Origin: an uncultured delta proteobacterium
GTDB lineage: Bacteria; Desulfobacterota; BSN033; UBA1163
Length of the DNA: 64,000 nt
Assembly: GCA_963708295.1 (NCBI GenBank)
Contig: CAVPSJ010000004.1
Location: 416,001-480,000, forward strand
Direction of reading: 5' to 3'
The notes below the pieces were generated by a model that saw only the letters and a list, made by a program, of their open reading frames with translations, ran no database searches and was not told the DNA's origin. A program made the translations under genes and the position numbers. Position 1 is the stretch's first letter. Every line of letters starts with the position of its first letter. This document shows, piece by piece, positions 62,378-64,000 of the stretch.

Positions 62378-64000
62378 ATGCCCAAAAAGAATCTGCATCG
62401 TGAATACAGCCGCCTTGCTGGGTTTCTAAGGAGTATTTCGCTTCGCCTTCAACTCCTTGTCGCCCTGCAATTCCTTCTTTTACTGTCCTCCCTCATTCTT
62501 CTTATCCTTCTTGGAAGTCTCGTTGTTTTAGAAATGAAGGGAGTATTCCCCTATCTCCCCATCTTCTACTCTGCCATCGTCACCTTCTCTCTTGGTATTC
62601 TTTTCTTTGTTGGACTTTGGCGGATCCTCTCCTGGCCATCCGTGAAACGAGTAGCCAGGGGGCTGGAGGAGAAGTTTCCTAAATTAAAGGATGATGTGAC
62701 GAATTCCCTGCTCCTCTTTGATCAACTAAATAACGGCAGAGGTTCGAACCCGGTTTCGAAAGGGTTGATGACAGCCCATCTGAAAAAAACAGTTGAAGAA
62801 ATTTCTTCCATCCATCCCCGTCAGGTTGTCAACCTGAGAAAAGCACTCACGCCCCTCAGGATTCTATTACCTTTGATGGGTACCTGTTTGGTGATTCTTG
62901 CAATCGACCCCACCTTCTTGAGCCGATCTTTCGGCCTGATCATCCATCCTTTTTCAAACATGCCAGATCAGAAGAGCTTCATCTCTGTTGAACCGAAGGG
63001 GTCGGTGGTGTTACGCGGCTCTCCCCTTGCGATCAAGGCTTTTGTCACGGGACATATTCCCAAAAGCCTGGCTTTGGCTATCTGGCCTGAGGAAGGGGAA
63101 GTTAAACGCATGACGATGAATCCAGAAGGAAATGGACAGTTTGCTTATCAGATGCCATCGACTCAGCTCTCCTTTCGTTTCCGAGCCTATCATGGTGTTA
63201 ACACCTCTCCCATTTATGACGTTCGCGTTGTCGATCCTCCTGACATTGGAAAGATAAGACTCACCCTGATTCCGCCCGACTACACCGGTCTTCCCAACGA
63301 AGTGAAGGAGGACGGACTGATTGAAGCCCTGAAGGGAACGGTCGTCAATTTTGAGATTCGGACCACAAAGCAAGTCAGAGAGGGAAAGATCCTATTGAGT
63401 CAAAACAACCAGCTTCTCCTGAAGGCTGATGGAGATCGGCTGACGGGAAGTCTTCTGGTCTTTTATCCCGGCCTCTATTCCATCCATTTAAAGGATGATC
63501 TCGGTTTCGAGAACCCCAACCCCGTTCAATACCCGATCCGCGTCGTTTTTGATAGATATCCTGAGGGCGAGATCATGAGCCCGGATCATGATCTCGAGAT
63601 CTCGGGAAATGAAATTCTCCCCGTTCAGTATACGGTGAAGGATGACTTTGGGATCACAGCGGTGAGATTGAATTATCAGATGGGAGCAAAGGAATATTCT
63701 GTCAATCTCAAGAATCCGAATCAAGGTCGGCTCATCGGTCCGGAGATATTCAAATGGGATCTGAGCAGCTTGGATCTGACCCCTGGAGAAAAGGTCCTAT
63801 TTCGTCTCGAGGTTTGGGACAATGATTCAATCTCTGGTCCGAAGAAAGGGACTTCGCGAACATTGATCTTATCGGTCAGAGATGAAAGGGCACGGGCAGC
63901 CAAGGAAGGAGAGGAAGCCCGCCAGATCGCGGAAGCCCTTTTGGATCTTCTGGCGGATCAATTGGAAGACAGCAAAGAGAAAGATCGAATGACGCAGGAG
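62378..64000 (+). CDS. Large membrane protein, DUF4175-like; runs off window
   Basis: GGAGG SD; TM helices, EEKFPKLKDDVTNSL, PPDYTGLP, DRYPEG, KDDFGI, VWDNDSISGPK. Confidence 0.7.
   Translation, partial: MPKKNLHREYSRLAGFLRSISLRLQLLVALQFLLLLSSLILLILLGSLVVLEMKGVFPYLPIFYSAIVTFSLGILFFVGLWRILSWPSVKRVARGLEEKFPKLKDDVTNSLLLFDQLNNGRGSNPVSKGLMTAHLKKTVEEISSIHPRQVVNLRKALTPLRILLPLMGTCLVILAIDPTFLSRSFGLIIHPFSNMPDQKSFISVEPKGSVVLRGSPLAIKAFVTGHIPKSLALAIWPEEGEVKRMTMNPEGNGQFAYQMPSTQLSFRFRAYHGVNTSPIYDVRVVDPPDIGKIRLTLIPPDYTGLPNEVKEDGLIEALKGTVVNFEIRTTKQVREGKILLSQNNQLLLKADGDRLTGSLLVFYPGLYSIHLKDDLGFENPNPVQYPIRVVFDRYPEGEIMSPDHDLEISGNEILPVQYTVKDDFGITAVRLNYQMGAKEYSVNLKNPNQGRLIGPEIFKWDLSSLDLTPGEKVLFRLEVWDNDSISGPKKGTSRTLILSVRDERARAAKEGEEARQIAEALLDLLADQLEDSKEKDRMTQE

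Overview
A 64-kb bacterial chromosomal window of about 50% GC. Gene content and order suggest an anaerobic deltaproteobacterium (Desulfobacterota-like); this is inference. The left third is a conserved minus-strand housekeeping block: radical SAM TIGR03960/TIGR03936-like, rng, rplU, rpmA, obgE, proB, proA, nadD, rsfS, dksA, lapAB-like, comF and an AsmA-like gene. A ~2.8-kb AT-rich islet interrupts it between rng and rplU and carries an intact XRE repressor plus ImmA/IrrE peptidase pair with twin operators, surrounded by deleted gene stubs. The rest is accessory metabolism and signalling: proline dehydrogenase, ilvA, NYN-LOTUS, pxpABC, a Tat dipeptidase, glgX, hcp with an ideal HcpR/FNR-type site, three tandem Tat-exported Mo-hydroxylase (IorAB-like) pairs, a two-SBP + histidine kinase + receiver module with no transporter, patatin, an M42 peptidase and a DUF4175-like gene. 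Intergenic space is dense with several REP/MITE-like families, some nested and one inserted in-frame in a signal peptide. An unexplained 185-nt structured RNA candidate lies at 37044-37228. Many genes, including essential obgE, have single-base frameshifts that are most likely assembly errors. No rRNA, tRNA, CRISPR array or transposase was seen. Family assignments come from motif recognition by eye, not database searches.
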